Assembly (NCBI RefSeq): GCF_001194135.2
Contig: NC_068984.1
Span: 97,876,549 to 97,916,246, forward strand
Reading direction: 5' to 3'
Length of the DNA stretch: 39,698 nucleotides
From: Octopus bimaculoides
Lineage: Eukaryota
Below the pieces are notes generated by a model that did no database searches, was not told the DNA's origin, and was given only the letters and a program-made list of their open reading frames with translations. The first letter of the stretch is position 1. Every line of letters starts with the position of its first letter. The position numbers and the translations under genes are program-made. Positions 1-11,978 of the stretch are shown piece by piece.

Positions 1-130
1 GGGTGTAAAGAATTGGATGGGGTGGAGTAGGAAGGTAGAGTAGGAGTGTGTTGGGGTGTGGTGGGATGAGCTTATGAGGGGGTGTTGACGATGAAGGGGG
101 AAGGGGAAGGTGGATATATATATATATACA

Positions 131-296
131 CTGTTGTGTCTGGGTAGAGTCATTTTCTTTTTGTGCCTTATAATTTAACACATTCACCAGTAAAATTTCC
201 ACTTATTCCTTATTTTTATTTTCCAAATCTTTTCATTGTGTCTTGCAAGCTTTTCAAAAGACATAAAAAGAAAATGACTCTCCCCAGACACAACAG
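131..296. repeat. Inverted repeat (39-bp arms, 88-nt spacer) next to a (TA)n tract; probable PLE-terminus remnant
   Basis: 131-169 ctgttgtgtctgggtagagtcattttctttttgtgcctt is the reverse complement of 258-296 with 3 mismatches. Confidence 0.8.
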
Positions 297-424
297 AATA
301 TGCTTCAACACACGAACTCACATAAAGAATCTTGCAAACCAAATCCAAAAACGAAATATATATATATGTATGTATGTATGTATGTATAGATAGATAGATA
401 TAGATATAAATAAATATATATATA

Positions 425-1495
425 CCAAGGATAATGTGGTGGTGGAACAAAGAGGTGAATAGTACTATAAAGGCAAAAAGATGGGCCTAGAAAGATGGGA
501 AAAATAGTAGAAGCAGGGAATTATATGAGATAGCCAGAAGGGTGGCTAGGCAACAAATTTATAAAGCAAAAGTAACAGCAGAAGATGAGAGGGTTGCCAA
601 CGTTTTACAGTGTGAGGATCGGAGGTGTGAGGTGTTTAGGGCTGCAAAGTAGTGTATCAGAGAGAATAGAGACGTGGTGAGGGAGAAATGTGTGCAAATG
701 AATAATGAGAAAAATGCATGGAAGTGTCACTATGAAAAGTTGTTGAATGTGGAAAATGAATGGGAGAAGGAGAGTCTTTTTTAATATCAAACCAATTGAG
801 GTACCAACCATCGGAGTTCATAGTAGTATAATAGTTAGGGGCATGAAGACAGGAAAGCTCCTGAACCATTTGGTATCACTGCCAAGATGGTTAAAATATC
901 TGACAATGTGGTATACAGCTTAGTCACTTGCATAGTTAATCAGTTTAATCAGGAAGATGTCATCCTCAATGACTAGTGTAGTAGTATTATAGTAGGCTGC
1001 TACAAGGGTAAAGGTGATGCCTTAGATAGAAACAACTACAGAGGTATCAAACTGCTGGACCAGGTCATGGAAGTTACAGAGAGAGTTACAGCTCAATTGA
1101 TTAGGAATAGAATTAAACTAGATGAGATGCAGTTTGGTTTTGTTCCTGGGAGGAGTATCACAGATGCCATCTTCTTGGTGAGACAGTTGCAAGAAAAGTA
1201 TATGGCCAAAAGTAAACCATTGTACTTAAATTTTGTCAACCTGGAGAAAGCCTTTGACAGAGTTCCCTGCTCTGTTATCTGCTGGTCTCTCGGGAAGCTA
1301 GAAGTAGAGGAGAGGCTTGTTAAAACTGTACAAGCCATGTACAATGGTGCTGTCATTAAGGTGGGAGAGCTGGCCATAAATACAGGGCTCAGTTCTTAGT
1401 TCACTCTTATTCATCTGTTCATATTGCAGAACCTGAAGCAAAATTAAAGAAGTTCCAGGTATGGAAACAAAACCTGGAATCAAAGAGCCTTAAAG
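425..1495 (+). mobile_element. RTE-clade LINE fragment (pre-RT region and RT N-terminal half), decayed and internally deleted
   Basis: Translates to WWWNKEVNS...NNYRGIKLLDQVMEVTERV...QFGFVPGRSITDAIFLVRQLQEKY...NLEKAFDRVP; stops and frameshifts present; the YADD region is missing. Confidence 0.9.
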
Positions 1496-1952
1496 AGAAA
1501 CCAGTAAAAGTGTAGTCATGAGTATAGTAACACTGTTGTAATATATATCTTTACTGCATTAAATGATCAGATGTTGACCAACTCAAAACATATTGTGGTT
1601 TTCTAGTTTTCTATTTTCAATGAGGTAGGAATATTATTGACGAAAGATTCATGGAAAAGCAGGGAAGAAATAATAAGTATAAAGAAAATGAAACTTACAG
1701 GGAATGACTTGAAACAATCTCTCTAATTTTAAAAACAAATATCGCAATGTAATTTATAAGGAACATGACAGAAAATGTGTCTTGTAATGAAGCAACAACT
1801 GAGCAAACTAATTCTAATCTATGAAGTTTTACTTTAAATATAGGAATGCATTAGAATAATGCAGTTGTGCTTTATCAGTGACAGCTACAGTAAATATTAG
1901 AGAAGTAAATACTCTTGGAAATAGCTATATTACTTTTTGTAAACTTCATATA

Positions 1953-2420
1953 TGCAGGTGTAGTTGTGTGGTAAGAAGTTTGCTTTCCAACAATATGGTT
2001 CTGGATTCAGTCCCACCTTGGGAAAGTGTCTTCTACTATAGCCCTGGGTTAACCAAAGTCTTGTGATTTGGAAGATGGGAACTGAAAGGAACACATCGTA
2101 TGTGTATATACATCTTTATATATAGGTATGTGTGCATGTATGTGTGTGTGTGTGTTACTGTCTCCTTCTTTGCCTTGACATCACATGGTAGTTGTAAACA
2201 AGTGTCACTGACATGCAAAGGGTGTCCATTATTTCTCAATATTCAATGAAAACATGCCTGGTCATGAGGAAATACTACCTTACTTGGAAACAGTTGAGGG
2301 TAGTAACTGGAAGTGTATCCAGCCATAGAAAACCTGCCTCAACAAACTTCATCCAACCCATACAAGCATGGAAAAATGGATGTTATAACAACGATGATGA
2401 TGATGATGATGATGATGATG

Positions 2421-2454
<34 letters not shown>

Positions 2455-2464
2455 CGATGATGAT
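1953..2464 (+). mobile_element. tRNA-headed SINE (family A head) with an RTE-type 3' tail ending in (GAT)n
   Basis: A/B-box-like gttgtgtggtaag and ggattcagtccc; tail ccaacccatacaagcatggaaaaatggatgtta resembles the RTE 3' end at about 5240-5380. Confidence 0.85.
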
Positions 2465-2745
2465 TAATATATAATTTGAAATTTATGGGATATTTGTTTA
2501 ATAAACATTACATTTATTCTCAGTGTAGAATGCTAATAAAGTGACCACACAACAGGTTTTGTCTATCCACGAGCAGAAAAAGTGGTTGATTTATTTAATT
2601 TCTTTTGTCTTGTTAAACATTCGCCCAAAACTAATTAAACATCTCCTGTTCACAAAGAAATTAATAGTTTATACATTTTCACAGTAAAGTTAAATTGTAT
2701 GTTTATTCTATCTTACATTGCAAATTATCTCAATGTAATTTATTG

Positions 2746-2796
2746 GAAAGAAGGCAGGTGTTACTTCATGTTATGAAGTAACACCTGTCTTCTTTC
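2746..2796. repeat. Near-perfect 24-bp hairpin with a 3-nt loop
   Basis: gaaagaaggcaggtgttacttcat-gtt-atgaagtaacacctgtcttctttc; 23 of 24 Watson-Crick pairs plus one G-U on the + strand. Confidence 0.9.
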
Positions 2797-2814
2797 TTTA
2801 AATAACTGTGATCT

Positions 2815-2941
2815 CACACACATACACACACCCACACACACCCCCCCACACACACACACACGTACACGCACATACGCACGCATGCACACATGCACGCATG
2901 CACACATGTATGCACACATGAACACACACACACACACACAC
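2815..2941. repeat. (CA)n-rich microsatellite
   Basis: Directly visible. Confidence 0.95.
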
Positions 2942-3117
2942 TGAAAAGTATTTGGGAGTAAGAAGTACAACCAGCCATAAAAACCAAACCAAAAATAGGA
3001 AGAAATAAATAAAGGAAATGGGGACATTGGCTCAATAAATCACATCATCGGTGATTCATCTAAGAAGGTAGTAACTCAGAATAAGAGTTCGATCACATAA
3101 TAATATAAATAATATAT

Positions 3118-3508
3118 AAATATATGCATATATCCATACATATATGTACATACCTACATCTATATGTATACATACATGCATATATGGGTACAGGACATCA
3201 CCAAAAAATGTTAAACACAATGAGAAATGAAAACAGAAAACGAACTTTTTTTCGAACGAAAAAAACAGAGAAACGAGATATGCAACATAAAGAATATTTC
3301 CCTTCATCAGTTGTCCCTGTCCATCTACTCTGCGTTTCGAAGGCAACGTTTCTCTGTTTTTTTCATTGTTCGAAAAAAAGTTTGTTTTCTGTTTTCGTTT
3401 CTCATTGTGTTTAACGTTTTTTTTGTGATGTCTTGTACCCATATATGCATGTATGTATACATATAGATGTAGGTATGTACATATATGTATGGATATATGC
3501 ATATATTT
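3118..3508. repeat. Long palindrome (about 160-bp arms, 71-nt loop); probable PLE-terminus element
   Basis: 3118-3275 is the reverse complement of 3347-3508 with few mismatches and one small indel; the right arm runs into the gap. Confidence 0.9.
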
Positions 3509-4435
3509 NNNNNNNNNNNNNNNNNNNNNNNNNNNNNNNNNNNNNNNNNNNNNNNNNNNNNNNNNNNNNNNNNNNNNNNNNNNNNNNNNNNNNNNNNNNN
3601 NNNNNNNNNNNNNNNNNNNNNNNNNNNNNNNNNNNNNNNNNNNNNNNNNNNNNNNNNNNNNNNNNNNNNNNNNNNNNNNNNNNNNNNNNNNNNNNNNNNN
3701 NNNNNNNNNNNNNNNNNNNNNNNNNNNNNNNNNNNNNNNNNNNNNNNNNNNNNNNNNNNNNNNNNNNNNNNNNNNNNNNNNNNNNNNNNNNNNNNNNNNN
3801 NNNNNNNNNNNNNNNNNNNNNNNNNNNNNNNNNNNNNNNNNNNNNNNNNNNNNNNNNNNNNNNNNNNNNNNNNNNNNNNNNNNNNNNNNNNNNNNNNNNN
3901 NNNNNNNNNNNNNNNNNNNNNNNNNNNNNNNNNNNNNNNNNNNNNNNNNNNNNNNNNNNNNNNNNNNNNNNNNNNNNNNNNNNNNNNNNNNNNNNNNNNN
4001 NNNNNNNNNNNNNNNNNNNNNNNNNNNNNNNNNNNNNNNNNNNNNNNNNNNNNNNNNNNNNNNNNNNNNNNNNNNNNNNNNNNNNNNNNNNNNNNNNNNN
4101 NNNNNNNNNNNNNNNNNNNNNNNNNNNNNNNNNNNNNNNNNNNNNNNNNNNNNNNNNNNNNNNNNNNNNNNNNNNNNNNNNNNNNNNNNNNNNNNNNNNN
4201 NNNNNNNNNNNNNNNNNNNNNNNNNNNNNNNNNNNNNNNNNNNNNNNNNNNNNNNNNNNNNNNNNNNNNNNNNNNNNNNNNNNNNNNNNNNNNNNNNNNN
4301 NNNNNNNNNNNNNNNNNNNNNNNNNNNNNNNNNNNNNNNNNNNNNNNNNNNNNNNNNNNNNNNNNNNNNNNNNNNNNNNNNNNNNNNNNNNNNNNNNNNN
4401 NNNNNNNNNNNNNNNNNNNNNNNNNNNNNNNNNNN
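3509..4435. other. Assembly gap
   Basis: N run. Confidence 1.
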
Positions 4436-5376
4436 GCTGAGGACATGTGTAGGCTCGCAAGGAATGAAGCCAGTATGCTCCGATGGATGTGTAATGTCAG
4501 TGTGCATACTAGACAGAGTGTAAGTACTTTGAGAGAAAAATTGAACCTAAGAAGCATCAGTTGTGGTGTGCAAGAGAGACGATTGCGCTGGTATGGTCAT
4601 GTGGCAAGAATGGATGAGGATAGCTGTGTGAAAAAGTGCCACACCCTAGCAGTTGAGGGAACCTGTGGAAGAGGTAGGCCCAGGAAGACCTGGGATGAGG
4701 TGGTGAGGCACGACCTTCGAACACTGGGCCTCACCGAGGCGATGACTTCTGACCGAGACCTTTGGAAATATGCTGTGTGTGAAAAGACCAGGAAAGCCAA
4801 GTGAGACCTAAATCCAAGTCCTCTGCCAGGGGTGTAGCCAACCCACTTATGCATACCTTCCTTCATTGGACACTAAACTCCGCTTGTGAAGACCTGTTGA
4901 GGCAAGTGAAATCGAAATCGAACTAAATTCAACGACTGGCACCCATGCCAATGTCGTCTCCTTCATTGGACATGAAACTCGGCTTGCGAAGACCTGTTGG
5001 GACAAGCAAAAGCGAAATCGTGATGGCACTTGTGCCCAGCGTCGCCTTCCTGGCACTTGTGCCAGTGGCATGTATAAAGACATTCGAGTGAGATCGTTGC
5101 CAGTGTCGCTGGACTGGCTCCTGTGCAGGTGCCACATAAAATACACCATTTTGAGCGTGGCCGTTGCCAGTAACGCCTGACTGGCCTTCGTGCCGGTGGC
5201 ATGTAAAAGCACCCAGTACAGTGTCGGCGTAGTTGGCGTTAGGAAGGGCATCCAGCTGTAGAAACTCTGCCAAATCAGATTGGAGCCTGGTGTAGCCATC
5301 TGGTTCACCAGTCCTCAGTCAAATCGACCAACCCATGCTAGTATGGAAAGCGGATGTTAAACGATGATGATGATGA

Positions 5377-5380
<4 letters not shown>
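4436..5380 (+). mobile_element. RTE-clade LINE 3' end (ORF C-terminus, 3' UTR, (GAT)n tail); relatively young
   Basis: Open frame LRWMC...RRLRWYGHVARMDEDS...GRGRPRKTWDEVV ends at the stop at 4804; UTR ends cggatgttaaacgatgatgatg. Confidence 0.92.

Positions 5381-5451
<71 letters not shown>
5379..5451. repeat. (TA)n microsatellite
   Basis: Directly visible. Confidence 0.98.
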
Positions 5452-5452
<1 letters not shown>

Positions 5453-5608
5453 GATGGGCCTCTTTCAGTTTCCGTCTACTAAATCTACTCACATGGTTTT
5501 GGTTGACCTGAGGCTATAATAGAAGCCACTTGCCCAAGATGCCATGCAGTGGAACTGAACCTGGGACTATGTGGTTGGGAAGCAAGCTTCTTACCACATA
5601 GCCACATC
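5451..5608 (-). mobile_element. SINE family A, head portion
   Basis: Reverse complement of the head seen at 13214 (tttcagtttccgtctac...cttaccacatagccac). Confidence 0.85.
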
Positions 5609-6138
5609 ATAGACAGACAGAGAGGCAGACAGACAGATAGATAGATAGAGAATGATATATCAGGGTCACTCCTAAATGTTCATCCAACTCCATTGTACCA
5701 GAGGACCATTTGGTCAGAGTGAACTTAAGGCTGCTGAACAACAACTAGCCATCCTATATCATTATACTTCGAAGTGATCACACTGCGCTGAACAATAAAG
5801 TGGGTTTACTTTAGAGGTTTGTCCCTTTCTACTTCAGCTCATCTCTTCCACTATCAACAAACTTTCCAACATATCAAAAACATGTCTTCACTTCAAATGC
5901 TTTAAATTTAAATAAAAAAAGTTTGAAATCCAGAGTTTATAATAAAGACTTACGGCCTTAAATCTCCTCCGTCTTCATGTCGTGGGTGGACAATAATAAA
6001 GGAGTAGAATCCTTCTGGAGAAGAATAAGAGATAAAGAGAAAGAGAGAAAATTTGTGGTGGTTGAAAAACGGGTTTAAGAGGTTTTAGGCTTTGTTTGAT
6101 GCTTCATCGTTTTTAAACCCAATGTATCTGTGTATGTC

Positions 6139-6174
6139 CCTCTGTGAGAGTGTGTGTGAGAGAGAGAGAGAGAA

Positions 6175-6207
<33 letters not shown>

Positions 6208-6213
6208 GTGTGT

Positions 6214-6252
<39 letters not shown>

Positions 6253-6340
6253 TGTGTATATGTGTGCATGCGCGCGCGTGCAAGCAAGTATATGTGTTTG
6301 GGAGTGTGTGAGTGTGTGTGTATTTATGATATGTATGATA

Positions 6341-6386
<46 letters not shown>

Positions 6387-6388
6387 TG

Positions 6389-6419
<31 letters not shown>

Positions 6420-6432
6420 GTGAGTACATGCA
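6139..6432. repeat. Compound microsatellite (GA/GACA/TG/TA)
   Basis: Directly visible. Confidence 0.95.
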
Positions 6433-8404
6433 CATATGGACATATATATAATTACTATATAAATTCAGAGCACTAATTGAAAACTATAAATTCTACATTT
6501 TCAGTAGAATAACTAGTCTCATGTATCCTCTGAAGACAGAAGCGCAAAAGTATTACCACAAAGAACAGCCAGCAATATCCACTGCAATCACCCACTGTAC
6601 GTCAGAAGTGTAGTTTCCTCAAGTACAATGGCCACAGCTCAATTTGACTGAGGAGAGAGGCAATCTGGAGACTGAAGACACCAAAAGTTTCATCATTGAT
6701 TTTCATGAAAAGATATCGCTCTTCAACTTTTACAGAGTTATCTTCACTCATCTGTGTGAAGAGTAGCAGCACCAATGTTTCCAACTAAAATAACTAAGTT
6801 GGTATTTGAGAATGTGCCACAATATTTGGTGTCCCAAATGAAGGACTTCCCTATCTGAACAGAAAAAGGATTATTCCATCTGGACATCTGCCTTTGCTGC
6901 AGTCAAAGCAGATTCTAGCTCTGTCCTAGTGTCCCATTAGATAATGGAATCATGATAGCATATTATATTATGTAGTGTTCACGAGGCATTATATAATATA
7001 GTCCTAATGACACATATAAAGTAGTCTTAATAACAAGTTAGATAATGTAGTCTTAATGACACATTATATTATGTAACCCTAATGATGCATTTGCTAGTCT
7101 TAGTTTTTTCTCTGTAAGTGGAAGCATACAGAGAGATTGAAGCTGAGTAAAATTTGGTTGATGGCAAGTTCAGAGAGCTATTGTTTGAGTGTTAACATAA
7201 ACATCATGTAGGCTAATTTCTTTCTATATTTACTATTTTCTGATTGTGGCTTCGCTGGAACTCTTCCAGCATTTGTCTTCCTGTGAAATGTAGGATTGAG
7301 AATGCAAGAATTTTATTGTGTATAAAGGGTTGGATTTAAAACAAAGTATTCAGTGAATATGGGGAATTTATTTGATGGTGTATTGATGGAAGAACTAGTT
7401 GCATTAGAGTGGTAGGTGGAAACATTAAACAATATTGATACAGATTCTGTTGCTACCAATCTCTTAAAATCTATACTCTACTAGTGGATATAGAGATACA
7501 ACCACTTCTCATCAAGAGATACAGCCTCCTTTCTCCACCTTTCCCAGGCATCAACCAGCCTGAAATTTTAAGAACTCTTTCACCTTATTCATTCTAGACA
7601 TCAGAAATCTTTGTAACATTTTAGGAAGTAAAAGTGCTAATGGGCTTTTAATGCACAAAAGTATCATTAACCCTCTTATCATCATCTTGTAGGAATATCA
7701 TGGTAGATAAACACTTCTCAGTTATTGCTATTGTTAATTGCTGCCTTGATTAAACAGACCTGTGCTCAAAGACTTTCAAACCATAACCATCCTGTCTTTC
7801 TTTCAGACATATTATTAGAAACACATTATCAACTGTGTTCCTTTTGAAAGTGTTACACAGTGATCTGAAAAATATTTTGGTGTTATTTCTAGCAAGTCAG
7901 TCGACCATTCAGAAGGTATAACTTTGACTCAACATTTCCTTGGTGGTGGTCTTCTCCAGGGGCTATACACTGTGCAGTTGGATGAGAATCACTTGAAGGT
8001 AGGGAGATTATAGACTTTAATAATTCTAAATTAAGGAACTTACATAGGAGGATCATACTTGGTACTTTAATAGTGTGATATTGAGGGACATACATAAGAG
8101 GATACTGTTTGGAACTGGGTTAGCTTTTTCTGAGTGTTTGATGGCAAAAATATATATTGGCTGGGAAAAGGGTTGTTAATTTAGAATTTGTAAAACTCTG
8201 ACCAATTTATCAAATGGTTGCAGGAATGAAACTGGGATGAGATATAATAATGTGAAGTGAGAATTAATAATGTGGCATCGTTCTGGTGATTCTATTGGTG
8301 CAAAGTCTGGGAGACTAAAACAGCATCAAAGACATGAGAAATGGAACAAGGTTGGCCAGAAAAACTAGTAGTGTTATTGGTTCTCATAATTTAATGGAAA
8401 AACA

Positions 8405-8556
8405 GTGGTGGTGGTGGCAATCATAGACAAGATGGCAGCAGCAGTAGTGGTAGTGGCAATGGCAGTGGAAGTGGCAGTGCTAGTCGTGGTAGTAGTGGTG
8501 GTTTGGTGGTGGTAGTAGTAGTAGTAATAGTAGTAGTAGTAGTAGTAGTAGCAGTA
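8405..8556. repeat. (GTG/GCA/GTA)n trinucleotide low-complexity tract
   Basis: Directly visible. Confidence 0.9.
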
Positions 8557-8573
8557 GAGATTACACAGACATA

Positions 8574-9448
8574 TAGGGTGTTCAGGCTAAATTTGACAGT
8601 ATTTTGTGTCACCTTTTTCCAGGAACAGTTTGATGTATTGGTGAACAGTCAATGGCATTGGAGAGCATAAAAATTGAAGATGTAGCTGAGAAATAGTTAG
8701 CTGACATGGTGGACTGGAAGTGACCTGAATATTGGAAAAGTGTTACATGTGTCATGATGATTCACACCAGGTATCAAAATGCTAACACCATGACTGCTGC
8801 TCAATGCTATGAAGTCTGTAAAGGCTGTGGTGTGGACAGCTGCAATGGAAACCACGAAGCCATGGCCAGCAGGAAGGGACATGGCAGGCATTCTGACAAC
8901 ATCCATATACTAGAATTTATCTTTACATATTTGAATAGGGTCCTAGTCTCAATTCAGGTAGCTATGGGAAACTGATGGAGACTGGTCAAACCCTGGCTGG
9001 AGAGGGTTGCTGCTGGAAGGCCATATGTGTGTGGCAGTAAGATTCAGCTCCTTGTCATACCTCCAGAAAGAGTCAGAAGTGATTATTGGAGAATTTCTAC
9101 AACTTCACCAGCCCCAATTTCTGGCCTCCTAATTCTCTGATTGTAATCCCATGGATTTCTGTGTACGGGGCAAGGTTGAGAAAGACACCAACCACTCTGC
9201 TGCAACACCAATGCCAAGCTGGTGACCAAGACCAAGGAGATGTTCAAAGGTCTTCCACTGTGAGGAATGCACCATGTTCTGGAGCTATCTTGAGATAATG
9301 GTGGAAGGTGATAATAGCTCCTTTGAGTAAACATTTATCTCCCCGTCATAATCTAGTTGTTATTTATTGATTTTAAAAAATACTTTTTTTTATTTTTGGA
9401 TGGGATATTATGTTTTCTTTTCCTGTCGAATTTTGCCTGGACATACTG
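8574..9448 (+). mobile_element. Tc1/mariner DD37D (maT-like) transposon, internally deleted and decayed (subfamily 2)
   Basis: Imperfect TIRs tagggtgttcaggctaaatttga and tcgaattttgcctggacatactg with TA flanks; transposase remnant VKPWLERVAAGRPY..DSAPCHTS...NFWPPNS. Confidence 0.85.
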
Positions 9449-9593
9449 TACATACAGAGTTATTAATATCTAATGCTTTGTTAATTCTAGCAATTGTTGG
9501 CTTTTCTTTTTGTCCCACCAATTATCTTAAAAATGGAAGAACATATTAAAAAATGTAGCCTTGGATATACTGTATCTAAATAAAAGTAGCAAT

Positions 9594-9970
9594 GGCATGG
9601 CTATGTGGTAAGAAGCTTGCTTTTCAACCATGTGGCTTCAGGTTCAGTCCCACTGTGTGACACCTTGGGTAAGTGTTTTCTAATATAGCTTCAGGTTGAC
9701 CAAAGTCTTGTTGATGGATTTGATAGATGGAAACTGAAAGAGGCCCATCATGGGTGTGTGTGTGTGTGTGTCTTTGTGTCTGTGTTTCTCCCCCCACCAC
9801 TCCTTGACAACTGTATGTCCCTGTAACTAAGTAGTTTGACAAAAGAGACCCATTCAAAGAAGTACCAGGCTTAAAAAAGAAAAATAAGCAGCGGGGTCGA
9901 TTGTTTCAACTAAAAATTCTTCAAGATGGTGCCCCAGCATGGTCACAGTCAAATGACTGAAACAAGTAAA
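9594..9970 (+). mobile_element. SINE family A
   Basis: Head ggctatgtggtaagaagcttgc..ggttcagtcccact, internal (TG)n, tail cagtcaaatgactgaaacaagtaaaa. Confidence 0.9.
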
Positions 9971-10520
9971 ATATATAAAATAAAGATAATGGTTATGGCT
10001 GGAGCATTTTTGTTCACAAGTCAGCTGGATTAGAATTAATCTAGAGTTAAATAACATTAAGATGGACAAAGAGGGAATTCCAAGGGTTGCTGTTCTGTTG
10101 AAGAAGAAGAGGACTAAATGTTTAGATCAGGGTTTTGAGACAGTGTAGAGATGACAAGAAGGAGAGAGATAGTTTGGTACACAACTTGTTAGTTTTGATA
10201 AACAGAAAATGTGGTGATAGCATTGTAAAAGACAATTAGATACAGCAGATCAAATGGCCAAATGTTTGTAATGTATTGTTGAGTGGAGGTTTGTCAATAA
10301 ATTAAATAATCTTTTCAGAGAATGCCATCTAGTGTTTGTGTGTGTCGAGTCTGTACTATGCAAAATATGTCACTTGTCTGTATAAAATATCATAGACCTT
10401 TGTGTTTACATGTGTATGGTAGTGGCATTAAGGATTACAATTACAATTGATGACTTACCCTTCAGGAAGTAACTCTGCTGAACAAAATCCTGTATATCTT
10501 GTGGTAACTTCTGAACAGGG

Positions 10521-10636
10521 ATAGTCTGTAGTTGAAAGAATTTGAAACCAAATCAGTGGATGATGCAATTTGTAACATTTGATACATTTTTCAATGGTGA
10601 CGGTATTAGTTAGGTTTTGGATAAATAACGAAAGAG
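10521..10636. repeat. 116-bp segment duplicated at 13637-13752
   Basis: Colinear similarity, e.g. gaaaccaaatcagtg.atgatgca.tttgtaa.atttgata.atttttcaatggtga. Confidence 0.85.
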
Positions 10637-10745
10637 ATGTTACTCAAGTTATTAAGACTGCAATATGTCTATTGCTAACATTCTTACTGTGTTTATTCAG
10701 TTTTGTTGCAATTAGTTGCCATGAGTAGGTGCAATTACGAGCATG

Positions 10746-11978
10746 GTAAAATCGATTTCTGTAATTGCTAAGATCACAAATGTTAGGCCAGGGTATTGAC
10801 AATTAAATCAATCTCAGTATTTAAATGGCTCCTTATTTTTACTGAAAATAGAAGGATGAAAAGTGGAGTTGACTTCAGTTGGATTTGAACTCAGAACTGT
10901 GATAAATACTGCAGTGCATTTGTTTGACATACTACCAGTTCTTCCAATTTATTTCATTAGCAAATAATGCTAAGTTCAAATTCTACTGTAGCCAAGAGAA
11001 AATAACAGAAAGCTCCTAGATCTACCACTGGATCCAAATCCTAGATCTTATTCTGCTGCTTGCAGTGACTGTTGTTTGCTTCACATTTAATCGATTCATC
11101 CACTATGAAGTGAATATGTTTCTTAAAAATCATAGGGTGAGGGCTTTACAATGTAGTATTCAATGCACTGTATAACTGACAATTGTAATACTGGGTCAGT
11201 GCCAACATAGTATCTGATGTGAGCAGAACAATCTCTGGCTGCCTAGATCACAATATTTTGTTGTTAGCATCTTCACACAGAGAAGCTGTAGTGAAAAGTT
11301 CTGTATTCCAGAGAAATCATTTTTGATGTGTGTGTGCATGTGTGTGTGTGCGTGTGTGTGTGTGCGTGTGTGTGTGCACCTGCTCGTATGTATGTTATGT
11401 ATGACGGTATAGAAGGGGGACTACTCTGATATATTCACATAAACCCTGTCTATTTACTCCAATGCTCCTATAAACATTTTAGATCAAAATTCAAAAGACT
11501 ATAGTTTTCTGTCAATGTTCTATTTAGCAATATCAAATAACTATGTTCAGTGCTATATATTCTTTGTTGCAAATAGTTCCCATGTGTAATTGTAAGCGTG
11601 GATAAACTGTAAAATCGATTTCTAACATTGCTATGGTCAGGGTAATGACAAATCAATCTCAGTATTTAACTGGCTCTTTATTTTACTGAAACTAGAAGGA
11701 TGAAAAGCTGAGTTGACCTCAGCTCGATTTGAACTCAGAACTGTAACTAAATACTGCAGTGCATTTGTTTGACATACTACCATTTCTTCTGATTCTGCTG
11801 CATGTAATGATTGTTTCACATTAAATCTATCCACCCATCACAAAGTGAATATCTTTCTTAAAAATCATAGAGTGAGGGCTTTACAACCTGGTATTAACTG
11901 CACTGTATAGTGAATTGACAATTTCAATACTGGGACAGTACCATCTTAGTGGTATCTGATGTGAGCAGAGCAATCTCT
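10746..11978. repeat. Old local tandem duplication (10746-11236 vs 11609-11978), including a SINE family B fragment
   Basis: Shared blocks gtaaaatcgatttct, gatttgaactcagaactgt, tttcttaaaaatcatag.gtgagggctttacaa, gtatctgatgtgagcaga.caatctct. Confidence 0.85.

Noticed and set aside
2213-2467. ORF with a poly-Asp tail, and the many CVCV/THTH/YIYI ORFs
   Set aside because: Translations of (GAT)n, (TG)n and (TA)n microsatellites
3056-4804. Long ORFs of 335-483 aa in the track (also near 21.0-21.8, 22.2-23.7, 25.7-26.6 and 37.0-37.4 kb)
   Set aside because: They run through N gaps; only the TE-derived edge fragments are meaningful
6560-6790. Minus ORF MSEDNSVKVEERYLFMKIN.., faintly like a mariner N-terminus
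   Set aside because: Similarity too weak to support by eye; no TIR or catalytic motifs
7230-8240. Possible ancient CR1/L2 LINE remnant on the - strand (MLEEFQR-like)
   Set aside because: Only one short motif; no convincing RT domains recovered
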